Source: Candidatus Gottesmanbacteria bacterium
GTDB taxonomy: Bacteria > Patescibacteriota > Microgenomatia > UBA10105 > UBA927
Length of the DNA stretch: 64,000 nucleotides
Direction: 5' to 3'
Assembly: GCA_030679255.1 (NCBI GenBank)
Contig: JAUXTO010000017.1
Coordinates: 1,925-65,924 of the forward strand
A program made the position numbers and the translations under genes. The number at the start of each line of letters is the position of its first letter. Within the stretch, counting starts at the first letter, position 1. The notes beneath the pieces were generated by a model. It did no database searches and was not told where the DNA came from. It was given only the letters and a program-made list of their open reading frames with translations. This document shows, one piece after another, positions 9,459 to 19,586 of this stretch.

Positions 9459-10808
9459 ATGTTCACTTGGCTCCTTGCCCACTCACCCCTCTTCTACTTT
9501 ACCCAAAGCATTTGGCGGGATGAAGCATTTTCTATCTTTGTCGGAGAAAAATCCCTATCATTTATTCTCCAAAATCTTACCTTTGAGCCTCCCGTGTATT
9601 ATATCCTCCTTCACTTCTGGATCCGCCTTTTTGGGACGGGTGAAATCGCCGTCAGAAGCCTTTCACTGTTAGGATTTAGCCTGGCGACCGTCGTCGTCAT
9701 ATTCTGGAGTGAAAAGCTATTCCGCAAACACTGGCTCTCCTGGGTCACACCCATCCTCTTTTTTACCAATCCCATGCTCGTCTATTACGCATTTGAAATC
9801 CGTACGTATGGCTGGTATATGTTCTTTGCCGTGCTCTCGCTTTATGCGTATGGTGAGTCGCGGTGGCGCTTGTGGGTCATCGCCACTCTATTAGGGTTTT
9901 ATACCCATACATATTTCCTCTTTCTTTTTGCCGCCCAAGGCATTCATTGGATGACATTCCATCGGAATAAACTTATGAAGCCATTTTCCCTTCTCCGCGA
10001 GCCCATGATCGTAAGCTCAATCCTCGCATTCTCCGCGATGATTCCATGGCTGATCCGGGTCATACGTGAAGCGGCAACACTCAAGGATTCCTGGTACTTT
10101 CCGGTTAATTGGAATTTAGTGCGATCAGTGTTGGGCAATATGTATCTGGGATATGAAGGTACACCATGGCACCTCTGGGGATTTACCGCCAATCTATCGC
10201 TACTCCTGCTCGTGATGTTTTTCTTCGCGTTACGGGGTAAAGCAACACGCAGCCGCAATACCATCTTCCTTTTTAGCGCCATTATTCCCCTCGCGATTGT
10301 CATCGGCGTGTCATTCATCAAACCTTTATTCGTCAACCGCTATCTCATCAGTGTCACGATAGCCGAAATATTCCTGATCGCTCTTGCCATAGAAGCCATT
10401 AAAAATTCCTTTATCCAAAAATTTGTTGCTTGGTGCTTTGTGCTTGGTGCGTTAGCATTTAATATGTGGTACCCCTCCCAACACGCCAAACTCGACATCC
10501 GTACGACGATACAGGAAGTCAACGCGCTGAAAGGAAAAAACGATATCATTCTCGCAACAAGTCCTCTCATTTTTTTTGAAACTCAATATTACTCCGACGA
10601 CCGACGCCGGGTATTCCTCTATAACCCCCACAGTGTCCCGTTTCCATGGTATGTGGGAGGCGTATTAGTCACGAACGATCAGATGATCACTGATCTTCCT
10701 GTGTATCCTCCATCCCGCGCATTCTTAGTCGCCGAAGACGGATCATTCACCATCAGCTACCGTGCCCCGCCATACGCACTTGCACAAAAAACAAAAAAAG
10801 GGTTATGA
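9459..10808 (+). CDS. GT-C fold (PMT/ArnT-like, GT39) membrane glycosyltransferase
   Basis: SIWRDEAFS, PPVYYILLH.W, RSLS, EIRTY, many TM helices. Confidence 0.85.
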   Translation: MFTWLLAHSPLFYFTQSIWRDEAFSIFVGEKSLSFILQNLTFEPPVYYILLHFWIRLFGTGEIAVRSLSLLGFSLATVVVIFWSEKLFRKHWLSWVTPILFFTNPMLVYYAFEIRTYGWYMFFAVLSLYAYGESRWRLWVIATLLGFYTHTYFLFLFAAQGIHWMTFHRNKLMKPFSLLREPMIVSSILAFSAMIPWLIRVIREAATLKDSWYFPVNWNLVRSVLGNMYLGYEGTPWHLWGFTANLSLLLLVMFFFALRGKATRSRNTIFLFSAIIPLAIVIGVSFIKPLFVNRYLISVTIAEIFLIALAIEAIKNSFIQKFVAWCFVLGALAFNMWYPSQHAKLDIRTTIQEVNALKGKNDIILATSPLIFFETQYYSDDRRRVFLYNPHSVPFPWYVGGVLVTNDQMITDLPVYPPSRAFLVAEDGSFTISYRAPPYALAQKTKKGL

Positions 10809-11143
10809 ATATCGAGCAAAATTGGGTTCTTTCATTGAGTCGTAAGCTTAGCTTCGCATGTATTGTCCTCTCTGTACTCCTCCTTTTTTGGCGTTATCCA
10901 CGGCTCCCTCCACTTCTTCCGCTTTGGTACTCAAAACCGTGGGGAGTTGAACGGCTTGCCCATCCATTGTGGCTTATCCTTCTCCCCGTGGGCTCATGGG
11001 TGATCATGATCATCAATGCGTTCGCCGCCCGATTTCTCACCCGGGATATGCTTATATTCACGCAACTATTTGCAGTCACGACACTGTTGGTCGCCATACT
11101 CTCCCTTGTGACGATGGCAAAAATAATATTTCTTGTACTATAA
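10805..11143 (+). CDS. Small membrane protein (DUF1648-like)
   Basis: LPPLLPLWYS.PWG motif between TM helices; ATGA overlap with the upstream gene. Confidence 0.7.
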   Translation: MNIEQNWVLSLSRKLSFACIVLSVLLLFWRYPRLPPLLPLWYSKPWGVERLAHPLWLILLPVGSWVIMIINAFAARFLTRDMLIFTQLFAVTTLLVAILSLVTMAKIIFLVL

Positions 11144-11149
11144 CCATTC

Positions 11150-12235
11150 ATGTCCCAAGCAATTCCGGCTTTTCTTGTTTCCACACTCATCACCCTTCTC
11201 GCCACTCCCATGGTGCGGAGGATTGCTATACGATTTGGCTTGATTGATGACTCTGTCACACGCCCTCATCCTGCGCATACCCACACCGGTATCATCCCCA
11301 GGGCAGGAGGTTTAGCTATCTATCTGGGAACAATCATTACGATCCTTCTATTTTTGCCCGTGACAAAACTCGTCATTGGTATCATGATTGCCATCTCCAT
11401 TCTCACGGTTGTCGGCCTGGCAGACGATAAGGGAGACGTGAATCCCTATCTCCGGTTGGCCACAAATATCACTGCAGCATTGGTCGTCGTCGGAGCCGGC
11501 GCAGGCATACCATACATAACCAATCCTGTAACCGGCGGCGTTATTGCCCTTGATACGTGGCGATTATCATTTGATTTTTGGGGTTACCACTCTATCCTCG
11601 TCTGGGCTGATCTTTTTGCATTTATCTGGATCATCTGGACGATGAATATCGTAGGGTGGTCGGCAGGGGTAGACGGCCAAATGCCCGGATTTGTCGCGAT
11701 AAGCGCGTTCGTACTCGGACTTCTGTCTCTCCGCTATAGCAGCGCTGACCCGACACAAATCTTCGTCACCATCCTGGCTTTCCTGGTCGCAGGCAGTTTC
11801 CTGGGGTTTCTCCCATGGAATGTATACCCGCAAAAAATTATGCCCGGCTATGGGGGGAAAACATTAGCCGGGTTTTTTCTGGCAGTCTTGGGCATCCTTT
11901 CGTTTGGCAAACTCGGAACGGCGATCCTCGTCCTGGGTATCCCCACGATCGACGCAGTGTATACACTCCTCCGGCGTCTCGGTAAAGGCAAATCTCCGGT
12001 CTGGGGAGACCGCGGACACCTCCATCATCGTCTCTTGGATTTAGGATGGGGTAAGCGTCGGATTGCCTTGTTTTACTGGGGGGTGTCCGCTATACTGGGG
12101 TGGATCGCCCTCACGGTCAACAGTCAACAAAAATTATTCACATTATTGTTGGTTGCCGTTATCATTGGAGGATTCCTCACATGGATCAACTTCTTTTCGC
12201 GCTTTTCAAATCCGCCCGACCGCGACAATGGTTGA
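11150..12235 (+). CDS. Polyprenyl-phosphate HexNAc-1-phosphate transferase (WecA/TagO, MraY-like)
   Basis: IPRAGGLAIY, GLADD, GVDGQ, FLPWNVYPQKIMPG, DRGHLHHRLL. Confidence 0.9.
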   Translation: MSQAIPAFLVSTLITLLATPMVRRIAIRFGLIDDSVTRPHPAHTHTGIIPRAGGLAIYLGTIITILLFLPVTKLVIGIMIAISILTVVGLADDKGDVNPYLRLATNITAALVVVGAGAGIPYITNPVTGGVIALDTWRLSFDFWGYHSILVWADLFAFIWIIWTMNIVGWSAGVDGQMPGFVAISAFVLGLLSLRYSSADPTQIFVTILAFLVAGSFLGFLPWNVYPQKIMPGYGGKTLAGFFLAVLGILSFGKLGTAILVLGIPTIDAVYTLLRRLGKGKSPVWGDRGHLHHRLLDLGWGKRRIALFYWGVSAILGWIALTVNSQQKLFTLLLVAVIIGGFLTWINFFSRFSNPPDRDNG

Positions 12236-13119
12236 AAAACTTCGCCATCTTCACGACGATCCTTTTTACCGGACAACTATTCAATGGCGATCTCTTGTGG
12301 CGCACTTCCCTCGCGTTTATTGTTTTCTGTTTATTGTCCTCATCCAACTACATACTCAACGATATCCTTGACGCACCAAAAGATAGAAAACATCCATTTA
12401 AACGATTCCGCCCGATAGCAAGCGGCAAGGTGACGGTGGGACAAGCGATGTTCATGTCTTTTGCCCTCGCAGGAGCCGGACTGTGGATGAGCTACCGGAT
12501 CGGAAATCTCTTTTTTATTTTTGCCGTCGTATTTTTGGCTCTGCAATATGGATACTCGCTGTTTCTTAAACGGTTTACCGTCATAGATATTCTCACGATC
12601 ACGATGGCCTATATCTTGCGTGTGTATGCCGGAGTGGCGGCTACAGGCTATCACATTTCCATATGGCTTGCGCTCGCGGCACTTTCTCTCGCGTTATTTC
12701 TGGCTATCGGAAAGCGCCGGGCAGAACTTACCCTTATACAAAGTTATGAAGGGGTCGTACCAAAAGATACCAGAGTCTCCCTTTCCCATTATTCGGAAAA
12801 ACTCCTGGATACGTATACGGCAATGTTTGCTAATTCAACGTTTCTCACCTACACCTTTTTCACATTTCTTGCCCAACCCTACAATGAAGGATTTTTTCTG
12901 CGCAACTACGGCGAATTTTTTGTTGATATATCAGGCCGGAAATGGATGATGGTCACGATCCCCTTTGTCTTATACGGCATCATGCGCTATATGCAGCTTA
13001 TTTATGAAGGAAAAGGCGAATCACCGGAGAAAATCCTGACCAGCGACCTGCCGCTTCTCACCACCGTCATCCTCTGGGTGGGCATGGTCCTCGTGGTGGT
13101 ATATGGGATAGGAGGATAA
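12181..13119 (+). CDS. UbiA-family prenyltransferase, decaprenyl-phosphate phosphoribosyltransferase-like
   Basis: RPRQWLKN, YILNDILD...DRKHPFKRFRPIASG, IGKRRAEL, GESPE. Confidence 0.87.
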   Translation: MDQLLFALFKSARPRQWLKNFAIFTTILFTGQLFNGDLLWRTSLAFIVFCLLSSSNYILNDILDAPKDRKHPFKRFRPIASGKVTVGQAMFMSFALAGAGLWMSYRIGNLFFIFAVVFLALQYGYSLFLKRFTVIDILTITMAYILRVYAGVAATGYHISIWLALAALSLALFLAIGKRRAELTLIQSYEGVVPKDTRVSLSHYSEKLLDTYTAMFANSTFLTYTFFTFLAQPYNEGFFLRNYGEFFVDISGRKWMMVTIPFVLYGIMRYMQLIYEGKGESPEKILTSDLPLLTTVILWVGMVLVVVYGIGG

Positions 13120-14040
13120 TTATTCCGTCTTCGTAGCGTACTGCCCCGAAATCCAGCCTTTATTCGTCCCGTCGTATTTGATTTGATACCACGTCGTTCC
13201 CTTTGCATCCGACTGACTGTCTAACAGAGAATACTTTTCTCCAGGCTTGATTTGAGCCGACTCTGTAGCAGACGTCTTCGGCTCCATCCGGACGCGTAAA
13301 AATCCTGTCGGGGTGTCTTTGATAGTCACAAAGGGCTTGACCGGATCGGCAGAAGTTACGGCCTTGGTCGGCGTCAATTTCCCGGTGGGCGTAGGCGTCG
13401 TCTTCCCAGTAGGCGTGGGCGAACCCGATGCCGGTGTTGGGGAAGGAGATGCCTCCTGAGGAGAGCCGGATAATGCCAGCTTGACGACCGCAGATAGTTT
13501 ATATCCGGCGGTCGTTTGTATTTTTATACTCTGACTGACAAATCCGGGGGACGCAAGCGCGAGAACGTGTGGTCCGGCAGCGACACTGGGAAGCGATAAC
13601 GGGGTGATACCCTTCGTCTGTCCGTCAAGGGAAATCGTCGCGCTATCCGGATTGGTGACCACGTCCAGTTCCGATACTTTACTCGAAATTTTTTCGAGCC
13701 ACATGGTCTCGACTGCTGTGGCAAACTCCGATTCTGCTGGGTTGATATTTACATGGGTTAATATATCCGAGGCTATTTTCACACTCCCCTGCCAGGACGC
13801 CAAAGACGCGACCGTGCTCTCCGGAACGATGCGGATCGTATAGTCGCCCGGTACCACCGCATATTTTTGTACCGGTGTCCGCCCAATGTGTTTATTGTCC
13901 AAAAATACGCTTGCCGGTTGGGTGCTTTGGATCGTCAGAGCGCCCTCTTTTGGCTTCATTCCCCCAAAATACTTTGCGACACCCAACAACAGAAGAATAA
14001 TAGCTAAAACCCCGGTGAAAAATCCTATTTTCCGCTTCAT
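13120..14040 (-). CDS. PEGA-domain protein with Pro/Thr linker and C-terminal SH3-like domain
   Basis: Two P.A.V.LDG...G.TP units, PTPT linker, TPTGFLRVR...WYQI...GWISGQY. Confidence 0.85.
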   Translation of the reverse strand: MKRKIGFFTGVLAIILLLLGVAKYFGGMKPKEGALTIQSTQPASVFLDNKHIGRTPVQKYAVVPGDYTIRIVPESTVASLASWQGSVKIASDILTHVNINPAESEFATAVETMWLEKISSKVSELDVVTNPDSATISLDGQTKGITPLSLPSVAAGPHVLALASPGFVSQSIKIQTTAGYKLSAVVKLALSGSPQEASPSPTPASGSPTPTGKTTPTPTGKLTPTKAVTSADPVKPFVTIKDTPTGFLRVRMEPKTSATESAQIKPGEKYSLLDSQSDAKGTTWYQIKYDGTNKGWISGQYATKTE

Positions 14041-14293
14041 AGTAACGACCATCATAGCACAGACAGTAACCCGCTGACAACTTTCTTACCATTGTTTAAA
14101 ATTTGCTTTTAGCGCGTATTTGTGCTATTATTGTCTTCTTGTGCCACTCCAAAAGGAGTGGCTTTTTGATGGTTGGTTAATGAACGAATTCATATTCGCG
14201 AGTTTACCAACCATCAATCCGCCAGGAGCGCTCTTCGAGCCGCGCTACGAATAGTAGGTAAGGCTCGAAGGAAGCGACGGTGGATATACTCAT

Positions 14294-14905
14294 ATGAAAA
14301 ACCTTTTTACTCGAATCACCCGGCATTACCACGGAAGCAATATCGTGAGCTTTATCTTGCGCAAAAAACTGGAGCGGTTTCATGTGCGACAAATACTGGG
14401 TCTAAATCTGGCGAGCCTCGCGTTTGTCGCGGCAATTGTTGTGCCTCAGGTCGACGCCATCACCTCCCAGCTTGAAGTTATGCGGGAGACGGTTGAGACG
14501 ATCGTCGAGGTCGTGCCGACGATGGCCCGCTTTCAGTGGCCACTTACGCGATTCGGACTCACGAGCCGCTTTTCCCCGGGACACCCTGGCCTGGATATGA
14601 CAGATCCCAAAGGGACGCCAGTCAAACCCATCGCTGACGGCACAGTCCTGTCGGTTGAAGCATATCCCTTCGGCTACGGCAAGCACATGCTTATCGAACA
14701 TGATAAAGGCGCGAAGTCTCTGTATGCCCATTTATCGAAAGTGGAGGTCAAAGAGGGACAGATAGTAGACAAAAATACCATACTCGGCGAGGTGGGTTCA
14801 ACCGGATGGTCTACCGGCAACCATTTGCATCTGGAGATCTACCAAGACGGCTTCGCCATCAACCCTCTCGACGCCCTGCCAACCATAACTTCGGTAATTC
14901 CTTAA
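14294..14905 (+). CDS. M23 family metallopeptidase
   Basis: HPGLD, GYGK, SLYAHL, GSTGWSTGNHLHLE. Confidence 0.92.
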   Translation: MKNLFTRITRHYHGSNIVSFILRKKLERFHVRQILGLNLASLAFVAAIVVPQVDAITSQLEVMRETVETIVEVVPTMARFQWPLTRFGLTSRFSPGHPGLDMTDPKGTPVKPIADGTVLSVEAYPFGYGKHMLIEHDKGAKSLYAHLSKVEVKEGQIVDKNTILGEVGSTGWSTGNHLHLEIYQDGFAINPLDALPTITSVIP

Positions 14906-14918
14906 AAAGGAATTTGTC

Positions 14919-15287
14919 TTAGATCTTACTATTCCACCACATACGGAACTCCTTGCACAAACCTTTTCCATCTAAGGTCACAAAGAATATTCCATCTAGT
15001 GCTACCCTGTTTCCATTGGAAATCTTTGTGTAAGACGCAGACCAATGAGCTATACCTGTCTGACCTGCCACGGCGATAACATCGGATGAAAAATGAATAT
15101 CTTTTTGAGTTTTCGGAACTTCCTCCCAAATTTTTCGTACAGCCGCACGTCCTTTAAGCGGATCTTGAAATGGATCTTCATAATACAAAACGTTCTCAGC
15201 ACATAGACCCGCGGCCTTTTCAGGATCCCGCATCACCCATGCTTTTCCTAAATGATCGAGCCACTTGGTAAACACAGAATTATTCAT
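14919..15287 (-). CDS. NTF2/SnoaL-like protein
   Basis: AW..RD....L.....Y.EDPF....GR..V...W pattern; C-terminal CKEFRMWW. Confidence 0.8.
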   Translation of the reverse strand: MNNSVFTKWLDHLGKAWVMRDPEKAAGLCAENVLYYEDPFQDPLKGRAAVRKIWEEVPKTQKDIHFSSDVIAVAGQTGIAHWSASYTKISNGNRVALDGIFFVTLDGKGLCKEFRMWWNSKI

Positions 15288-15290
15288 GAA

Positions 15291-16025
15291 TTATTTCAGA
15301 CTATATCCCCCATCCACGACCAATGTGTGGCCGGTGATGTAACTTGAATCATCAGAAGCGAGGAATAAAATTGCTTTTGCAAGTTCTTCCGGCTTGGCGA
15401 TCCGCTTGAGTGGCGTTTCCTTACGAAAAAATTCGATAAGGTCGGGTCCGGCACTTTTGGTCATATCCGTCATGACATTGCTTGGCGCGACCGCGTTGAC
15501 CCGTATCTTTGGGGCAAGCTCTTTGGCAAATGCTTTGGTCATCGAGACGAGCCCCCCTTTGGCGCACGAATAAGCGAGAATCGGGGCGACCCCCAGCATG
15601 CCGACGGTCGATGCAAGATTGACAATTGATCCACCATCCTGTTTCTCCATCACGGGAGCAACCTCCTTCGTCATGAGCCACGCCGATGTAAGATTTACAT
15701 CTAAAGTTATTCTCCACGCTTCTATCCCTGTTTTCCATCCTCTCTCGCCGATTGCTCCCGCGTTATTGACGAGAATATCAATTCTACCAAACCGTTTTAT
15801 TGTCTCCTCCACTAATTTTTTGACCCCCTCTTCCGTCGAAACATCCGCCTGAACAAGAAGACAATTATTCTTACCAATAATTTTTTCCACCTCTTCCGCC
15901 TGTTTCTTTTCCTTGATATAGTTAATGACGACCTTCGCCCCTTCTTGAGCAAACAACAGTGCCGTCGCCCGCCCGATCCCCCGCGAGGAACCGGTGATGA
16001 TCGTTACTTTATCTTTAAGTTTCAT
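15291..16025 (-). CDS. Short-chain dehydrogenase/reductase (FabG-like)
   Basis: TGSSRGIG, NNAG, YSCAK catalytic motif, VDGG. Confidence 0.92.
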   Translation of the reverse strand: MKLKDKVTIITGSSRGIGRATALLFAQEGAKVVINYIKEKKQAEEVEKIIGKNNCLLVQADVSTEEGVKKLVEETIKRFGRIDILVNNAGAIGERGWKTGIEAWRITLDVNLTSAWLMTKEVAPVMEKQDGGSIVNLASTVGMLGVAPILAYSCAKGGLVSMTKAFAKELAPKIRVNAVAPSNVMTDMTKSAGPDLIEFFRKETPLKRIAKPEELAKAILFLASDDSSYITGHTLVVDGGYSLK

Positions 16026-16032
16026 ATCCTTT

Positions 16033-17406
16033 CTATCCCAACGCAATAACTTTTATCTGGCAAAGCTCCTGGAATCCAGGTTTACCGTGCTCTCTTCCCT
16101 TCCCTGATCCCTTGAACCCGCCAAATGGTGTACACGGCTGCCAATGATTTCCTTCGTTGACATCAACGCATCCGGCGTTAATTTTATTGGCCACCCTAAG
16201 GGCCCGATCAACGTCTTTAGAAAACACTTGTGCACCAAGTCCATACGGCGTATCGTTTGCAAGTTCAATCGCTTCTTCTTCCGTTTGAAACGGAATCACA
16301 GGAAGCACCGGGCCGAATACCTCCTCTTTCCAGACTCTCATCGGTCGTTTCACATTGGTGAGTAGCGTTGGTAGATAATAAGCACCGCGTAAACCAACCG
16401 GTCGGCTACCGCCAGAAACAATTCTGGCGCCACGGGTAACCGCATCTGAAACTTGCCCTTCCAATAGTTCCAACTGTCGCTTGGCAACTAAACTACCCAA
16501 CTGTGTGCCTTCACTTTCCGGATCGCCAATCTTGACATCTGCCAATCGTTCCTCAAGCTTTTTCACTAAGGCGCCATATATTGATTTGTGGACGATAAGC
16601 CGTTTTGTCGCGTCGCATACTTGCCCGCAATTCATAAATCTACCCGTATACAGTGTCCCAATAATTGTATCGATATTGACGTCCTCAAAGACAACGGCTG
16701 GATTGGATCCTCCCAATTCCATGACTCCTTTGATAAATTTCTTTCCTGCAATTTCATACAATTTTTTTCCTGTCCCAGTACTTCCGGTAAACCAAATGAG
16801 ATCAATATCACCATTAACCAGTTGCTCCCCAACTTTCCCACCTCCATATATTTGAGAAAAAACTCCCTCTGGCAAATGAAGAGTGTCCATCATCTCGTCA
16901 ATCAACTTCCCCATCAAGGGACATTCCTCGGAGTGTTTAAAAACTACAGTATTACCTGCTATAAGATTGGGGACGACGCCCCATAAAAAATTACCGAATG
17001 GGTAATTCCAGGGGACTATGACTGCGGCGATGCCTAGTGGCTCATAGACCAATCTATGTACTTTCTTATCCTTCTGATAAGAAATCTCATCTTCCAAGTA
17101 TGTTGGACCCTGCTCAAGAAAATCTTGAAAATATCCGTCATCCCAATCTAAATCACTTTTTGATTCCGTAATGGGCTTCCCGATTTCTCTCGTCACGAGC
17201 AATGCTATCTCTTTTTTACGTTTCAAAAATTGTTGATAAAGAGGTTGTAAAAATTCTATGCGCTTGACGACTCCCAATGCCTTCCATGCTGCCGTCGCCG
17301 AACGCGCTTTAGTTATTTTGCTGTTAATTTCTTTTGACGTAGATACATCAACAGAACCTAATACTTCATAATTCTTCGCTGGATTGGTCGAAATTAACTT
17401 TTTCAT
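16033..17406 (-). CDS. NAD(P)-dependent aldehyde dehydrogenase
   Basis: PWNYP, FTGST, MELGG, GQVC, EEVFGP, PFGGFKGSG.GRE. Confidence 0.95.
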   Translation of the reverse strand: MKKLISTNPAKNYEVLGSVDVSTSKEINSKITKARSATAAWKALGVVKRIEFLQPLYQQFLKRKKEIALLVTREIGKPITESKSDLDWDDGYFQDFLEQGPTYLEDEISYQKDKKVHRLVYEPLGIAAVIVPWNYPFGNFLWGVVPNLIAGNTVVFKHSEECPLMGKLIDEMMDTLHLPEGVFSQIYGGGKVGEQLVNGDIDLIWFTGSTGTGKKLYEIAGKKFIKGVMELGGSNPAVVFEDVNIDTIIGTLYTGRFMNCGQVCDATKRLIVHKSIYGALVKKLEERLADVKIGDPESEGTQLGSLVAKRQLELLEGQVSDAVTRGARIVSGGSRPVGLRGAYYLPTLLTNVKRPMRVWKEEVFGPVLPVIPFQTEEEAIELANDTPYGLGAQVFSKDVDRALRVANKINAGCVDVNEGNHWQPCTPFGGFKGSGKGREHGKPGFQELCQIKVIALG

Positions 17407-17566
17407 TTAACCTCCTTTAAATAACACATATTTGATCTCTTCTACCACTGCCCCTTCAGACATTCGCGACTTCAATCGGTATCGCTGGAATATCCCGTCC
17501 GAGAAATTTTGTGTCTTTATGTTGTGTATCCATAAAATTTTTTATATATTACTACTCAATAGTTTA

Positions 17567-18001
17567 TCATAACGCCTTATCCATCCAGTGAAATGTAAAT
17601 CCCTGGACAAAGCCGAGTTTTTTGTAGAGGGAGAGGGCTTTGTTGTTTTCGACTTCCGGCTGGATGGAAAGGTTGCGAATTTTCCTTTTTTTTAGTGGCC
17701 CGACCATCTTATTCACGAGCATTGTCCCGATGCCCTGGCCGCGATAGTCCTTTATCACAAACAGCGACTCAAGATATGCCCATCCTTCAAATACCCGGGT
17801 AAGACACATGCCGACGGGCTTTTTGTCGTATCGCGCGATAAAAAAGAGGTCCTCTTTATTTATCCCGATAAGAGCTGCCAGCTCTTCTTTGTTGTACCAC
17901 TTCGATTCCTCTCCACCCCACAGCTCCCAATTCTCCTCCCCCCACCGAAAGAGCGTATCAACATCATTCAAGCTTGCTTCTGTTATCGTCACATCGTTCA
18001 T
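17567..18001 (-). CDS. GNAT family N-acetyltransferase
   Basis: LFVIKDYRGQGIG (motif A), NNKALSLYKKLGF (motif B). Confidence 0.9.
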   Translation of the reverse strand: MNDVTITEASLNDVDTLFRWGEENWELWGGEESKWYNKEELAALIGINKEDLFFIARYDKKPVGMCLTRVFEGWAYLESLFVIKDYRGQGIGTMLVNKMVGPLKKRKIRNLSIQPEVENNKALSLYKKLGFVQGFTFHWMDKAL

Positions 18002-18777
18002 AACGTAAACTTGAACCATTCTACCACTTCTTTTAATAGCTCCTCCCGCATGGAGCGGAGTACGTCAACAATTCCATGATCCCCACCCTTAAAAATTTTT
18101 ATCTTTTTCCGCTTACTTGGAATTGCATCAAATACGCGTTGCGCATCGCTTATTGGTATTTTTGAATCCTGATCTCCGTGGACCATAAAAACAGAAAAGC
18201 GAAGCCTTTTCGCGCGACCGATATCATCAAATGTCTTAATATCTTTCCAAAATTCTTTCCCTACGGTCGTATTTTCCCCACTGGACCTCGGAAGTGAAGT
18301 GTCGCCGTTGTAATTTATCTTTACTCCCTTTTCTGTATACACACGGGCGATACTTTTCAAAGGAAAATACGCACCGCCGACGAAAAGCAGAGTTTGTATT
18401 CGCCTCGTATCGATTCCCAGAACAGTCACTGCGCCATACGATTGGGCTAATACTCCAATTCGTTCTTTTTGCACATCGCTTCGCTTCCGAACCCAAGATA
18501 AAACATCCTCAACAATTTCACCACGTCTTTTTAGAGGTAGTTCTCGACATCTTCCCTCTGCATCAAAGATGGGAAATGTAAATTGCACCGTCATAATCCC
18601 TATATCTATCAACTTCTGTGCAATTTCGTCAAATGAATTTTTCCATTCATGCATCGTCATCCCCAACCCCGATACAAAAATGACCGCCGGAAACGGACCC
18701 TTTCCATCCGGCTTTCTTATTAAACCGTCAAGAGCAATCTTGTGCCTTACAGGAATCTGAACAGATTGTTTTTTCAT
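17998..18777 (-). CDS. Alpha/beta hydrolase
   Basis: PFPAVIF, AQSYG, VHGDQD, GGDH. Confidence 0.85.
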   Translation of the reverse strand: MKKQSVQIPVRHKIALDGLIRKPDGKGPFPAVIFVSGLGMTMHEWKNSFDEIAQKLIDIGIMTVQFTFPIFDAEGRCRELPLKRRGEIVEDVLSWVRKRSDVQKERIGVLAQSYGAVTVLGIDTRRIQTLLFVGGAYFPLKSIARVYTEKGVKINYNGDTSLPRSSGENTTVGKEFWKDIKTFDDIGRAKRLRFSVFMVHGDQDSKIPISDAQRVFDAIPSKRKKIKIFKGGDHGIVDVLRSMREELLKEVVEWFKFTL

Positions 18778-19571
18778 AAAGATTTGAGTTTCAGTAATAA
18801 ACGTTGGACCGTTTCATGGCTCGATGCAATAAAACTGACATGATAAAAGTTGCCTGTTACTTTCTTTTTCTCATCAATCCAAACTTCAACTGTGCCGCCC
18901 GCTTCCTCAACTATCGCCCATCCGGCAGCGAGATCCCAAAGCGCATTATTAATGCAAACATACAAATCGTAATGACCGGCGGCAGTATGAGCCAACTGAA
19001 ATATAGCACTCCCTATGCGAAGCATAATGACGTTGTCTTGAGTAAATATATCATGGAGCTTCCGCTCCTGATTACCACTTAATCCGGTATAGCTTAAAAC
19101 GCCTACTGACTTGGCGGGGTATTCGCGCTTTGCAACGTAAATCTTCTTTCGCCCTGAGCATGCTCCACTCCCCTTCTGTGCATGATACAAATCATCAAAC
19201 TTCGGAAGATAAATAAATCCGGCAATGGGTTTCCCTTGCCTCATGAGTCCCACGGAAACGCCAAAAAACGGCAAGTTACGAGAAAACTGAAGCGTCCCAT
19301 CAAGAGGATCTACTATCCAAACCAATTCATTCTCTAATTCCTTTTCCGACTCTTTGGCGGTTTCCTCGCTATAAAATCCCATTGTTGGGAAACGCTTCGT
19401 CAATCGCTCACGAAGAAACGCTTCACTGTCCAAATCGGCTTGAGTGACGAGATCAAGAGCATGGCGCTTGGTGTGAAGAACTGCATTGCTCGTTTGCAGT
19501 AATTTTTTACCGGCTGCAACGACTGCCTCCTGGACATACGCATAATCAGCTGGGGAAAGAATTTGGGGCAT
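18774..19571 (-). CDS. Inositol monophosphatase family protein (SuhB-like)
   Basis: LVTQAD, SEE, WIVDPLDGT, WDLAAG..IVEEAGG. Confidence 0.92.
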   Translation of the reverse strand: MPQILSPADYAYVQEAVVAAGKKLLQTSNAVLHTKRHALDLVTQADLDSEAFLRERLTKRFPTMGFYSEETAKESEKELENELVWIVDPLDGTLQFSRNLPFFGVSVGLMRQGKPIAGFIYLPKFDDLYHAQKGSGACSGRKKIYVAKREYPAKSVGVLSYTGLSGNQERKLHDIFTQDNVIMLRIGSAIFQLAHTAAGHYDLYVCINNALWDLAAGWAIVEEAGGTVEVWIDEKKKVTGNFYHVSFIASSHETVQRLLLKLKSL

Positions 19572-19586
19572 AGTGAGGCGATTGTA

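Noticed and set aside
17456-17533. 25-codon ORF (MDTQHKDTKF...) upstream of the aldehyde dehydrogenase
   Set aside because: Too short, with no motif or attenuator structure to support a call.
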